From the NCBI RefSeq assembly GCF_004010195.1, contig NC_057719.1:18621159-18685158 (forward strand): a DNA stretch of 64,000 bases, written 5' to 3'. Below, in pieces: positions 1 to 13,091 of this stretch. Both the position numbers and the translations under genes were made by a program. The notes below the pieces were generated by a model. That model did not search any database. It worked only from the letters and a program-made list of their open reading frames with translations, and had not been told where the DNA came from. The first letter of the stretch is position 1, and every line of letters begins with the position of its first letter. Source of the stretch: Chiloscyllium plagiosum (Eukaryota).

Positions 1-372
1 AGTCCAGCAACTTCACACTCAGGTCATCCATGCACAAACCGTGAGGTCAGGAGCTGGTGCTACTAGCATGGACTCTGCAGGCTTACAAATTACATTCTTT
101 TTGAATGGGAAAAGAGAGAAGGAAAAGCCCTCGTGTGTGACAGACATGACAAAATAATAAACATGTTTAGAAAGGACAAGCTCCCAAAATAATCTTAGCT
201 TCCCTCACTTTGCTTAATGTTTCCTGGAAAATTGTACTTTTCCTGGGAATCTGTATTCAAGAATCTGCAACTAGCCACATTGGTACGTAAGATGGTGTCG
301 TATGCAGTGACTTGTAAATTTTTCACTGTACTCATGTGACTACATGTGACAATAAAGCTAATTCAATTAAAT
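1..372 (+). mobile_element. Non-autonomous retroelement fragment with Rex1-like 3' tail
   Basis: Ends ...taagatggtgtc...tttcactgtactcatgtgactacatgtgacaataaagctaattcaatt. The same tail recurs near 3280-3368, 23885-24010 (-), 45990-46075 and 58745-58843. Left boundary uncertain. Confidence 0.45.
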
Positions 373-837
373 ATTTGTTTTCAGGTTTACTTCATGCCCC
401 ACAATGTGCTACAGGAAGAATGTGTGGGATCAGAGGACTATTTTGGGAAGGTCTCCTTAATTTCATCTTTTTTTACTGTCATTTATTTTTCATCTTGTTT
501 AAACCATCTGCTTGTCTTTTTTTTAACCTGTAAAGTAAGTCTGGTTTCCTAGAGTTCTTCCTAACGTGAGATCAGTTTCAAGTGTCTCAATTTTAAGAGA
601 CGCACACACCCTGGCCCCCACTCTGACTCCCCATCATAGGAACATGGGCACAGACTGATGAAAGAGTTTTTGAGAAGTAATGGTTTGAGTGGTTATGGAG
701 AGGCAGGATGGAAACTGCTCTGGAAAAAAAGCAAGGATTCACCTTCTTACAGGCTGTGGGAATAGCAACATTTTGGCCCTCAAGTGAGCCAAATGCACTA
801 ATAGGAAAAGCAAGCATTTAAATGGACTTGCAGCTAT

Positions 838-1657
838 CATAGAGTCAGAGCGATGTACAGCACGGGAAACAGAGCCTTCAGTTCAATCCAACAATGCCAA
901 CCAGATATCCTAAACGAACCTATTCCCATTTGCCAGCACTTGAGCCCATACCACTCTCAACACTTCCTATTCATATACCTATCCAGATGCCTTTTAAATG
1001 TTGTAATTGGACTAGCCTCCACCACTTCCTCTGGCAGCTCATTCCACACATGCACCATCTTCTGTGTGAAAACGTTGCCCCTTAGGTCCCTTTTAAAATT
1101 TTCCCCTTTCACCCTAAACCTATGTCCTCTTGTTCTGGACTCCCACAACCCAGGAAAAGGATCTTGTCTGTTTATCCTATCCATGTCCCTCAGATTTTAT
1201 AAACCTTTATAAGGTCACCCCTCAGCCTCCGACGTTCCAGGGAAAATGGCCCCAGCCTTTGGCTCAAATCCTCCTACTCTGGCAAAATCCTTGTAAATCA
1301 TTTCTAAACCCTTTCAAGTTTCACAACATCCTTCCAATAGGAAGGAGGCCAGAATTGCACACAGTATTCCAAAAGTGTCCTAACCAATGTCCTGTACAGC
1401 TGCAACATGACCTTGCAACTCCTATACTAGATGCTCTGACCAATAAAGGAGAGCATACCAAACGCCTTCTTCACTATCCTATCTACCTGCGACTCCACTT
1501 TCAAGGAATTATGAACCTGCATTCCAAGTCTCTTTGTTCAGCAACATTCCCCAGGGCCTTACCATTAAGTGTATAAGTCCTGCCCTGATTTGCTTTTCCA
1601 AATGCAGAACCTCGCATTTAGTTAAATTAAACTCCATCTGCCAATCCTTGGCCCATT
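838..1657 (-). mobile_element. CR1-clade LINE, 5'-truncated (ORF2 C-terminus + 3' UTR)
   Basis: Minus peptide SRTRGHRFRVKGENFKRDLRGNVFTQKMVHVWNELP is a typical CR1 ORF2 C-terminus; 3' end at the tcatagagtc repeat. Confidence 0.92.
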
Positions 1658-1662
1658 CAAAA

Positions 1663-1965
1663 CATGGCACGGCCATTCAGTAATTAGCACTGTTAGCCTC
1701 ATAGTGCCAGGGATCTGGGTTCGATTCCACCCTCAGGCCACTGCCTTTGTGGATTTTGCATATTCTCCCCATGTCTGCATGGGTTTCCTCTGGTTTTCTG
1801 TTTTCCTCCCACAGACTAACAATGTGTAGGTCAAGTGGATTAGCCATGGGCAATGCAGGATTACAGGGATAGGATTAGGATGGTGGGTCCGAATGGGATG
1901 CTCTTTAAAGGGACAATGTGGACTCAATGGGCCAATTGGCCTGTTTCTATACTATGAGGATTCTG
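1663..1965 (+). mobile_element. HE1-type tRNA-derived SINE
   Basis: tRNA-like head (B box ggttcgattcc), central gtggattttgcatattctccccatgtctgcatgggtttcc, CR1-like 3' tail. Confidence 0.85.
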
Positions 1966-2089
1966 TACTTTCAGCTCCATGGCTTCTACTGTTATCTCAT
2001 AGCTCACTACCTCAAAGCTTCACCTTATCATCCTACCGAGGGTCATGGCACATAATTTGAAAATTCTGCAACTCCTGGCCAGACACTTA

Positions 2090-2270
2090 GACCATAAGAA
2101 ATAGTAACAGGAGTAGACCATATGGATGCTTGAGCACCACCATTCAATGAGATCATGACTAATCTGCTAATCTTCATATCGACTTGCCTGCATTTTCTCC
2201 ATAACCTTTATTCCTCTACTGATCAAGAATCTATCGTTCTCAGCCTTAATATAACAAGGGCTCTGCCAAA
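2090..2270 (-). mobile_element. Old CR1 3'-end fragment
   Basis: cataagaaatag..caggagtagacc..accattcaatgagatcatg resembles the reverse complement of the 3' end of the CR1 at 15235-15805. Confidence 0.55.
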
Positions 2271-2287
2271 AGATTTAAGAACAATAT

Positions 2288-2800
2288 AGTTCTTTCTGCT
2301 ATTACATGTGTTTCGTCAATGCAAATTGGCTGTAATGTGATTGATGAATAGGTGAATGCTGCTTATAAAAAATGAACTTTCGCATACATATGTTGGCTAT
2401 TACATGATTCCATCCCCAATACTTGAAGTGCTGTGGTGCACTGAGGAATATAATCTTTACACCAACAGTTCTCCGCATCGATAAAACATGTTCAGTTGAC
2501 TCACATGCTTTCTGAGAGGTACTCCATGATTTCTGTTTTTTTTTGCAAATTTTGCTGTGCTACCCATAAATATCTACCCATGTATTATTTCTTCATGAGT
2601 TATGAATTTAATATCTATTTAAATTGTGCTATCCTTTGTATCAGGCTAACTACTATATTTGTTTTGATTTTAAGTATTATTTTTGGTGGTTCGCCCCAAC
2701 CCAAATTTTTCCATAAGCCCTTATTTTTATTGCGTGATTTTCTATAGCGCAAGATCACACAAGAATGCAACTATTGCGTTACAATAAAAAAGCCTGTACT
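2288..2800. mobile_element. Possible degenerate Tc1/mariner (Tigger-like) non-autonomous DNA transposon
   Basis: Left end tatagttctttctgctattaca and right end gcgttacaataaaaaagcctgta form weak terminal inverted repeats ending CTG-TA. Confidence 0.3.
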
Positions 2801-3019
2801 GTGGAAATACTGTAAACAATACTATGTCATTCATTACCCCCACAATATATCAGAAGGAATATATTAACCTGGTAAAACAACAAGTTGAATAGCCTCCAAC
2901 CATGTTTTAACTATTCTACTGATGAGTTGTAGAAAAGTTATTCCTATCATTTATCATTTTTTTCTTGATGTAATGTTTTTAATTTTCCGGTCATTCTGTT
3001 CTTTAGCCCCAGTGCAGCG

Positions 3020-3368
3020 CGACTTACCTTGTTGTAGCTGAGTGCAGGTGAGGAGTGGACTGGAGGCTGGCGTGGAGCGGGACAATTGTCGGTATGGAGC
3101 CTGGCATGGGCGGTCAGACCACATGCTGAGCTCTATTGAACTGCAATGTCAATCTTTAACAATGTTAAAACTATCTTATTTCTAACATTTTGTTTTGACA
3201 CTATAAGTAATACTACTACTTTTCCTTTTGTTCCTTTTATTCCTCTTTGTATCCAAGATGTATACCTAGATACTTGTACCTAAGATGGCATCATTGGAGG
3301 CAGCCATTGTAAAAGATTTTCCTGTACTTCTGTACTGGAGTGCACGTGACAATAAAGGATATTCATTC
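3020..3368 (+). mobile_element. Non-autonomous element with Rex1-like 3' tail
   Basis: GC-rich 5' part, then cctaagatggcatc...ctgtac...cacgtgacaataaa; same family as 1-372. Confidence 0.5.
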
Positions 3369-3865
3369 TTTACTTTATTATACTGTTTTGAAACAAACTA
3401 GCCTTTTTACTCCCCCACTAATCCACTCTACCATTTTCAAACCCGATAATCTTGTTGCAAATCCTTCCCCGAGGTGTTTCAAAGCTTATTTGTTTTCAAC
3501 CAAACAGGAGCTAGGCTAGGGAAAGCCTTTGTTGATTGCATTATGAGGGTAACATGTTTTTCATATGACTGCCAACTCCAGAAAGTGCAATGCATTAACT
3601 CTGCTAATGGGCACAGCATGGAGAATACATTTAAATCAAAGAAAAGAAGAACAAGTTTTGTGTGGTGTGGACACCCAAATGGGATTCAACTCCATAGTGC
3701 ATTGAAAGTTTCTCTCCACCTCAGCGTTACAGATTTTAATCTAACCCATTCTGAAATCATTTAGTTGCTCCTTTAAGAATAAAGTAACAATGACTATCTG
3801 TACCTTTTGGTCATGAGTCCTCAGTATGCAATGGTCAATGCATATTGTGTAACAATTAGATTAGA

Positions 3866-4262
3866 TTTTATTTGATTCGGTTCATTACTGTCACATGTAC
3901 CAAGATACAGTGAAAAGTATTGTTTTGCATGCTAATCAGACTTATTATACCTGAAATAAGTACATCAGGGTAATAGATAAGAATTTGGAATATAGTGTTA
4001 CAGCTACAGAGAAGGTGCAGAGACAGATAAACTCTAATATGAGAGGTCCGTTCATACATCTGATAACAGTGGGGAAGAAGCAGTTCTTAAATCTGTTGGT
4101 ATGTGTTTTCAAACTTATGTATCCTTTGCCAGATGGAAGAGGGTGAAAGAGAATATAACAGGGTTAAGTGGGGTCTTTGATTCTGTTGGCTGCCTTCCTG
4201 AGGCAGTGGGAAGTTTAGACAGAGTCAATGAAAGGAAGGCTAGTTTTCATACTGGACCAGGC
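3866..4262 (-). mobile_element. Rex1/Babar-type LINE 3' fragment
   Basis: Minus strand has cattgactctgtctaaacttcccactgcctc...aagaactgcttcttcccc (Rex1-like ORF end) and the tail tttcactgtatcttggtacatgtgacagtaa. Confidence 0.65.
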
Positions 4263-5093
4263 TGTAAGAAAATCTTATTCAAATGCATGCGTTGAAGGGG
4301 AAAATGTCACATCATTGCACTGGTAGCAGGGAGGGGAATTGGGTAATCTGCCAGTGAAATTACTATTGATTTGACTTTGAATTTCTGAAAGTTAGAAATC
4401 ATCAGAAAACCACATGCGCCATTCGTCTGGATTCCTGACACGTGCTGTCATTCCAGTTTATGCTGTGTCCTATTTTTGTGCAAAGACTTGGAGCAAAAAT
4501 ATTTCCGTCTGCACCACTTCCCCCGCCAGAACTAACTTCTCTCAACATTAAAAAATCATCCTCCAGTTATATTATTATGAATTTGAAACTTCTGTAAAAT
4601 GTTCCTTCAGTGAAATTTTGTTACTGGGAAATGGATGGAGGAGAAGGATTCTATGCAGTTCACAGTACATAGTCTCACCCAGACAAAATGTCAGTAAAAA
4701 TGGTTATTAGTAAGATCTTGTATGCCTGACTTTGGAATCAGTCCGTGTGAATGCTGCCATGTCAACCAGAATCCTTGTGTGCCCTCCTCTTGACTGGAAT
4801 TGAACAATTGCCAAATGACTGGGGTATTATACGACATTCTTTCAGTCTTTTCTTTCCAGAACAGTCAATCCTGCCACTGACAGCAGCTAAAAGAAAGTAT
4901 CATTGAATGCCCATGCAGAACAAATGGACCAAAAAAACACAATGCAAGCAGGCTTATATACTATACAGGTGAAAGGTCAGTTGCCCAACAACATTGGTTT
5001 TGTAAAGTGGGTTATTTAGCAGGGATAAAGTGCTTTAAACCCTGCATCAGTTATGGGATTGATTGTGTTGGGGAGAAACGAGTGAAAGAATTA

Positions 5094-5352
5094 GGTGTCA
5101 GTTGTGGCTCGGTGGGTAGTATTCTAGCCTCCGAGTCCAGACGGTTTCGGATATCACGTCTGAAACCCAAACACGATATTTAGGCTGAGACTTGAGTGTG
5201 CCATTTCAAAGAAGAACCAGGGAAAAACCTGCAGCCATCCTTGTTAATTTTTATCCTTCAGTAATATCTCTAACTCCAATTATCTTATCATTACAGCATT
5301 GTTCTTTGTCTAGCTGTGTGCAAGTTGGCTGTAGTGTTTTCTACTTTACAGT
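5094..5352 (+). mobile_element. Deu-domain tRNA-derived SINE (SacSINE1-like), degenerate
   Basis: Head gtcagttgtggctcggtgggtag; Deu-like core gctgtgtgcaagttggctg...tttcta..ttaca. Confidence 0.6.
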
Positions 5353-5601
5353 TAAAGTTACCAAAGTTAATTACTTGTCAGAAAGCCATTTGATCCAAAC
5401 ATTCAGCTGTTCTCTTCATTGGACAATAGAAGCACGTGCCCAAATGTCAGATTGAAATCAGATCTCAAAGATGTTATTGGGATGCAGCACACATAGATAA
5501 GGAAGAACAGCTTAAAGTTTAGGTCAAATGGCTTTCTGGCAAGTAAGTAACTTTGGTAGCTTTAACTGTTGTAAATGAGAAAACACTACAGCCAATTTGC
5601 A
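5319..5601. repeat. ~100-bp inverted repeat (5319-5416 / ~5503-5601)
   Basis: tgcaagttggctgtagtgttttc...gtcagaaagccatttgatccaaac...cagctgttc is reverse-complementary to gaacagct...gtttaggtcaaatggctttctggc...gaaaacactacagccaatttgca. Confidence 0.9.
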
Positions 5602-5754
5602 GTATGTGGATAAGACCAGGGATCTGAAATAATCTGGGTCCCATTTCTAAAGTTAAGGGTCCAACTCTTCTCAACATTAATAGTTAATAGTTGGAGTTAA
5701 TCGAAGGAGCAGTACTGATCTACATTTCATGGGTTTGAATTGTAAGTGGCAGCC

Positions 5755-5995
5755 ATGGGCAACACCATAAGCCAGTGGTTGGCACTGCTACCTTACTGTT
5801 CCAGGTTCAATTCCAGCTTTGGCTCACCCTGTGACAGTGTAGGTTTGCTCCCACAGACAAAAGATGTGCAGGTTAAGTGGGTTAGCCTTGCTAAATTGTC
5901 CTGTAGTGTGCAGGCTAGGTTGGTCAGCCATGATAAATCATCATGCGTTTTGGGTCTGGACTGAATGGCCTCTTTCTGCACTGGAGGGATTCTGA
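5755..5995 (+). mobile_element. HE1-type SINE, internally deleted
   Basis: cagtggttggcactgct..ggttcaattcc..ctcccacagacaaaagatgtgcaggttaagtgg..gctaaattg, then CR1-like tail. Confidence 0.7.
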
Positions 5996-6487
5996 GTTCA
6001 TTACCCACTGGAAGAAATCACAGGAATGACCAAATACAACAAGTACAGAAGAAAAACTTGTCATGTTGTCAGGAAGACGCAGTGCATTCTGAAGGCATTT
6101 TTTTTAACATGCAAATAAGAAAATGGTAAACCATCAAGCTGAATGACATTATTTCTGAGTGCGATAATAGTTTTTATGGCAGATTTTACATTTAATTCTT
6201 ATGTCACAGTAAAGCACATTTACTCAAAATAGATAACAATACCACTCCAAAGTATATAGTGTATTTTCCAGTGAGCCAAAGGAAGTTATGTAGGATGTTA
6301 CACTAAACAGCAGAAGTTTAGGTATCACACTATGAACTGATATGTCTGGGTGATGACGGTAAAAAGCATAACTGGCATGTTGTGTGCTCTCATTCTGGAG
6401 TCCATTGAAAAACAGAGTAGTTTACATTACAGTACGATGTAAACAATCAATTGTTAGGAACAGCGGTAAATTTAGATAACAGATTCA

Positions 6488-7820
6488 GGAATAGAATTGT
6501 GGAATCATATAGTACAGAAGAGGTCCTTTGGCTCATCAAGTGTGTGCCACCACTCTACTACCTACACGAGGTCCACTTCCCACACTAGGCTCATGGCCTT
6601 GAATGTTAGGATGCTTCACGTGTTCATCCAATTACTTTTTAAAGGTTATGAGATTTCTCTTCTCAACTTCTCAACTACTGTCCCAGGCAGTGCATTACAG
6701 GTCCCAATCACTCTCTGGGTGAAAAGCAATTTCCTCAAATCCCTTCTAAACTTCCTGTCTTTCACTTTAACTTATACCCCCTTGTTATTGACCCTTCATC
6801 ATCCTGTACAGTTCTGTCAGGTCTCTCTCAACACTCACTGCTCTGAAGAAAACGACCTAAACTTTCCAGATTTTCTTCATAGCTCAAATGCAGCACTATG
6901 CTGAATCTTCTTTTCACCCTCATCAGTGTGATCACATCCTTCTGATAGTGTGGTGACAAGAACTGGACTCAGTACTCCATCTGTAGCCTAATCAAAGTTC
7001 TGGTCAGCTTCAACATGACTTCCCTGCTGTTATAATCTATTTCATGGCCGATAAAGGGAAGTTTCCTGCATGCTTTCTTGACTGTCTTATTACTCTGTCC
7101 TGCTGCCTTCAGGAATCTGGGGATAAACGCCCCAAGATCATCTACTCATCTGAGCTTCCTTCTTTCTTGTTATTCACTGAGTACTCACTTGTCTTGTTCA
7201 TATTTCTAAAGTGCATCACTTTACATTTATCAGGGTTAAATTTCATTTGCTATTTATCTGCCCAATTGACTAATCCATTTTATCCTCCTGTAACCTAACA
7301 CCTTCCTCCTCACTGTCAACAATCTGTCCCATCTCAGTGTCATTTACAAACTTACTTATCATCCCTCCCACATTCTCTATATCTCTATATCATTTCTGAA
7401 TATCACAAACAGCAAGGGATTGCTAACTGCGCACTACTACACACTGGGCTCCAGTCACGCAAGTAATCATCTACCACCACCCTCTGTCTCCTGACACTAA
7501 GCCAATTTTGGATTTAATTTGCCAAGTTATACGAGATCCTTTGAGCTTTTACCTTCTTTATCAGTTTCCCATGTGGGATCTTGGCAAAGGCCTTATTGAA
7601 ATCCATGTAACTACATCAACTGCTCTACCTTCATCCAAACATTTGATCACTTCCTCAAAATATTGTACCAGGTTTCTTTGGCATGATCTCCCTTTGACAA
7701 AGCCATACTGAGTATCCCTTATCAAACCTTGCCTCTATAAATGGAGATTAATTTTCTCCTTCACTTTTTTCTTCAATAGTTTCACAGCCACTGATGTTAG
7801 GCTCCCTGGTCTATAGTTTT
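6488..7820 (-). mobile_element. CR1-clade LINE, degenerate RT + 3' end
   Basis: Colinear with other CR1 copies (e.g. ggccttattgaaatccatgtaa, read on minus as YMDFNKA; FTQRV/W motif); many stops. Confidence 0.85.
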
Positions 7821-8677
7821 GTGTTCATCCATAGCCTACAGCATTGTTTCCACCAACAAAGCCAATCTTTAAAAAATATCACTAAATTGCAAAGTACTTC
7901 CAGTATAACATTATCATATCAGAGTTAAATTTCTCTGCAAAATTGGTATGTTTTTATTGAGATGTAACAATGCTAAATCAGAACTGCTACTAAATGACCT
8001 CTCTGGCATTGAAAAGCTGGTTTTATATTTGAGTACAGGCAACATGTTTTCTTTGTGAGAAATAAATTCAAAATGAGAATTTGTTTTGCCGCTTGTTTAT
8101 GTTTTAGCTTCTAATAGGTACACTATTATTGATATTTTATTCTCTGCAATTGTCAGTACATTTAGTTTCTGCTTTTCTATTAGTGAGATTTCTTCAATAT
8201 GTTTGATTGCTTCATTGTTGCTGGATAACTGAAGATCTTATGGACTTAGTGTCAGAAACTAATTAATTTTTCGAAAAAGGCAAAGAACAGATATGTTAGA
8301 TCTTTTTAAGGAACTTTCTTTGAGATAATCAGTGAACACTGTCACTTTACTACTGCATTATGTTTACCTAACTTTACTAACCTGATGATCACTTGTACTG
8401 TTTTTTTTAATCTCCACAGTTTGAGAACAAATTCAAATTCTGACATGATCAAGTTTGGATAAATTAATCCAGGTTTTTGATTACTACTACGTTAACAGAT
8501 CCATTTATTACAAAAACTTTATAGAACCTGGCTGCATCTCATTTCATTTAAGTCAATAAGTAAACTTGTGACTAGATTAATGCACAGGAGATGAAGATTC
8601 ACGCTGAACATGAGTGTCTCTAATCTGTCCATTTAAATTAATGCTTGTCTTTTACAAACACCAGCAACTTACAATTA

Positions 8678-8934
8678 TATAGAGTCATAGAGATGTACAG
8701 CATGGAAACAGACCCTTTGGTCTAACCTATCCATACTGACCAGATATCCCAACCCAATCTAGTCCCACTTGCCAGCACCCGGCCTACATCCTTCCAAACC
8801 CTTCCTATTCATATACCCATCCAAATGCCTCTTAAATGTTGCAATTGTACCAGCCTCCACCACATCCTCTGGCAGCTCATTCCATGCACGTACCACCCTC
8901 TGTGTGAAAAAGTTACCCCTTAGGTCTCTTTTAT
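8678..8934 (-). mobile_element. CR1 3' end (young subfamily)
   Basis: Peptide KRDLRGNFFTQRVVRAWNELPEDVVEAGTIATFKRHLD; closely similar to the 3' end of the CR1 at 32560-34648. Confidence 0.92.
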
Positions 8935-9434
8935 ATATATTGCTGTAAGTGCAGGAAACATCAAAAATCTCTTCACAGGATCTCATCAGATGTGAATTGA
9001 CACCAATACTCCAATGAATGTGACATCAGGATAGGTGTCGCATTGCTCAGGGAAAATGGTCAGCTGTAAGGATGCGAGAGAGGCAGAGAGCTTTTCTATG
9101 AAACAACCAGATGCCTTAATTTCCAAAATTTATAAGGTCAGTCAGAAATTTACCTTTTTTGAAATCCATTGAATTGTCATACTGAAAAAGTCAAGCTGAT
9201 AATTTGTTTGATTTGTCAATCAGCCTTTTGTAGAGGGAATGAGTTCTGAACCTCCTGATGCTGCCTGGCTTGCAGCCTTCTACCTGTCCACTTTTGTTGA
9301 GGGAAGATATATCAAACTCAATTTAATTTTCTTTACCATAAGTTTGTTACTTAGGTTCCATAAGTGTGTATAGAGTGGAAAATCAAATCTGATTCCATTT
9401 TGTTGAACCTCATCATTGACTCAAAGATTTGAAT

Positions 9435-10110
9435 AGTGGGATGCTAGGAAGCTCAAAGGAACAGAGGAATCTTGGGATGCTTGCCCATAGATCGCTGAAG
9501 GTGTCAGGACAGGTTAATAGGGTAGTTAAGAAGGCACACGGGACACTTGCCTTTATCAGTTGAAGCCTAGCAAGGAGGTTTGGTTAGGCTGTGGCTGGAG
9601 TATGTGTGCAGTTCTGGTCACCACACTATAGGAAGGATGTGCTTACACTGGAGGGGATGCAGAAGAGATTGCTTTGGCTTTGGCTCTGAAGAGAAACCAG
9701 ATAAACAGTTTTTTTCATGGAGCAGAGAAATCTGAGAGGCAACTTGGCAAAGGTATATAAGATTCTGTGGGCCATGGACAAGCTGGTTAGAAAGCAACAT
9801 TTCCCCTTAGTTGAAGCATTAATAACAAGGAAGCATAATTTTAAGGTGTAAGGAAAGAGGTTTAGAAGGGATTTGAGGAAATACTTTTTCACCCAGAGGC
9901 CGGTAATCGAAAATGCACTGTGGTAAAAGTGGGAAACCTCATCAATGTTTAGTAAATACTTGGACAGAGCACTTGAAGTGTCACAATATTCACAGCTATG
10001 GGCCAAGTTGTAGAAAGTGGGAGAAGTGTAAATTTAGAGTAATCTTTTAGTGGTGCAGACTCAAGGGGCCGAAGGGGTTTTTTCTGTACTGTATTATTTT
10101 ATGATTCAAC
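9435..10110 (+). mobile_element. CR1-clade LINE 3' fragment, degenerate
   Basis: ctggagtatgtgtgcagttctggtcaccacactataggaaggatgt (LEY.VQFWSPHYRKDV-like) and CR1 3' UTR. Confidence 0.85.
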
Positions 10111-11226
10111 CTTTTCCTTTATCTATTTACGTAATCCTGAGAGGTGGTCTCAATGTTGGCACCCTTGACTGGACCAATAATATGGTCTTTATTTGAGTTA
10201 AGAGAAACAAAATTGGATATCATGAGCTCTATATTAACCTCATATCACAAGGGAGATGATGCATGGGACGAAGGTGACCCAAAGCTGGTGTAGACCCTCG
10301 TACAGGCATTTTTAATGGCAGTGGGGACATTGTATGCCATTGTCATATTGGAATATCACAACACTTCACTAAGATTATCAAACAGCTCAATTAGGCTTCC
10401 ACTGGGCTTAAGAACTCAATTTAAATTATGCACTTGATATTCCTGTTCACAACTCTTGGGAAAACTGGCATCAAAATGATGTCGTTATCTCTTTTTAAAG
10501 CATTCACTGTGAGCCAGAAGGAGCAGGTGAGAGGTCCTAGTCACCAAAGAAACCTTCTATCTCCCTTCTGATGATTGTAACCTCCCTCTAGCCTCTGCTG
10601 TGATCCCCATTCCCTCTTCGTGCAACAACCTGACTTTGATCTACAGCTGATCTCCCTCTTCAATTATCATGATCAGTCTTTCACCCTTCACCCCCTAGCC
10701 CCAAGTTGTGGATGCCCTTGTCCCAGTTGCTGAAGCTGGCCCCTACATTTCCTGCCTACGAGCTGTGAAATGGAACAAGAAAGCGATTCTAAGCCATTAA
10801 ACTGGACAGGGATTCCAGCTTCTTGGCCTTGCTGGATTTTTTGGATCCTTTTAACCTCCCCCGCTCCTTGCTGGCATTTAGAAAGACCATGCATCAGACA
10901 CTGACTTACACAATTTCCCCTCTTCCAGGTGCTGTAAGTGCTGCAAAACAGCACATTAGTTTGTTTATTCTCTTTATTACCTCGGAGCTATCAGTCAATG
11001 GTATCCGTGACCTTTCAACTGATGCTTAAGATTTCACTGTTGCACTGATAACTCCAGCCTCTTCTTCCTGAGTATGAGCTCTATTTTACGTATTCATTTT
11101 CCAAGTCAGGTTAAATACCCTTGGCTTAAAATATGATGTGTTCCTTTTCTGTCCACGTCTTCACTGGGAGTCAATTGTAACATAGGCTGAATTTGGTACG
11201 AGTGGATCAGCATTCAAATTCAAGTG

Positions 11227-11318
11227 CTGATGAAGGGCTTTTGCCCGAAGTGTTGATTTTACTGCTCCTCGGATGCTGCCTGAATTGCTGTGCTTTTCCA
11301 GCACCACACTAATCTAGA
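11227..11318 (+). mobile_element. Solo PLE pseudo-LTR fragment with mutated hammerhead
   Basis: ctgatga-a-gggc-tttt-gccc-gaag-tgtt followed by ctcctcggatgctgcctga...ccagcaccac, the same arm as in the fold-backs. Confidence 0.8.
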
Positions 11319-11671
11319 CCCTACCATCTGCCACAGCCTGCTATTTTATCGCAGTGGGGGTGGATTGAGTCTTTATTGCCAACTCTTTGAGCAGTTAAAG
11401 ACCTCAATAGTAGTGTAAATTATTAATGCTAAATATGTTAATAAATATAGTCAACTTTATCAATAATGTAAAATGGAGGCTCCTGAAAGATGGTTCTTTG
11501 TCGAAACTTTGTACTAAGCCTTGTTCTGTAGTTAGAAGACAATGTTGCCTCCCACCATTCATATCAGTCCTAACTAATGATCCTAATCTAAAGCTCACAA
11601 TGATGATAACGGATCGATAGGCTTATGACCTGTCAGCCTAGAGGATAACTCACTCACCCCCAGCTACACAT

Positions 11672-12016
11672 TTTTAAAACTCATTCATGGGATGAGGGCA
11701 TCACTGAGCATTTATTGCTCATCTCTCATTGCCCAGAGTGCAATTAAGAGTCAACCACATTGTCATGGGTCTGAAGCCACATGAAGGCCAAGCCAGGTAA
11801 GGGTGGCAGTGTCCTTCCCGAGAGAACATCAGTGAACCAGATGAGTTTTTTTTCAGCAATCAATTCATGGTCATTGTTAGACTCTTAAATCCCAATTTTT
11901 GTTGAATTCAAATTCCATCATCTGCCATGGCAGGATTCAAACCCAGGTCCCCAGAACACTACTTAGCTTTCTGGATTAACAATCCAGTGATAATGCCACT
12001 GGGCCATTGCCTCTCC
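11672..12016 (-). mobile_element. tRNA-derived SINE with LINE family-B tail (possibly Meta-domain SINE)
   Basis: Minus head ggggacctgggtttgaatcc, core catctggttcactgatgttc, tail gggcaatgagagatgagcaataaatgc. Confidence 0.75.
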
Positions 12017-13091
12017 ATTACAGAGAACTAGTCAAGATCCGGGAGAAAGGAAGTGGGCTGCAGAGCACCAGATGTATTTTGCTTGTCCCAGGACACTCTA
12101 CACTTGAGCCGAAAACATCACTACGATCAGCCAAATCCATTTGGAAAACCCTTAATTCTTTCAAGCACCAACCCAAGTCAGCAGGAAATGGTGTTAAAAC
12201 ATGAACCACATCGTCTCCAAATCCTCCTGAGTAAATGCATTTATCATTAGCTGACATTGTTCCTTTTTATGGCATTATTTGCCAAATATTGACGTTTACA
12301 AGTGATTCCATCTCGAAGTAATTTCTAAGAATGATAAATGGTTTATATTTAGTTCCATTATCAATACTTATGGCAGAATATTAATGTAATTTGGTGAGGT
12401 ACTTTTCCACAGACTCTTATCTTGTGCTTTTTGTTCAATGAATCCTTCTTTTATCCAGTGCAATATAATTTATATTTATTCAATAATCTGAATTTCATGT
12501 ATTCATTTTTGTATTAATATAGGACCATGTCAAATCCCTTTTCAGTTTCCAAGTCAGCAGCATCAAATACCTAATCTGTGTCCACAAGGTCTGCAACATC
12601 ATGAAAACAATCTCGTAGATTTGCCCGACTGAACGGGTTTGTTCACATTCACCAATTTTATTCTGATATGCAAAATAACACAAGACTTTCTTCCTTATCT
12701 AACATTAAAAAGAACTTGACAGTCAAAATATTTATATAACATTATTAACATTTGCTCAGTCAAATTATATATTGAGGTATTATGAATGTATGCAAGAAGC
12801 TTCTAGGAGATTCAGTGAATAATTCACTAATAATTCAACAAGGGTGTAACACAGCTGTCTAATACATTGAGATGTGCTTCAACTGATAGGGAAAGAATGC
12901 CTGGTTGATATAAGATAATGTACATTGAAGGAACCTAGAGGGGGCGCTGATTCAGTACCAGCTGTGAATATTCTTGCAAAGATCCAGAGATTTCACTCAT
13001 CGTATTTTCCACAAATTCTGAAATTAGTCAATCAAGAGCAGAGTATACAATGAGTAAAAATTTTACAGATGTAATCACTTTTCTGTTTGAC

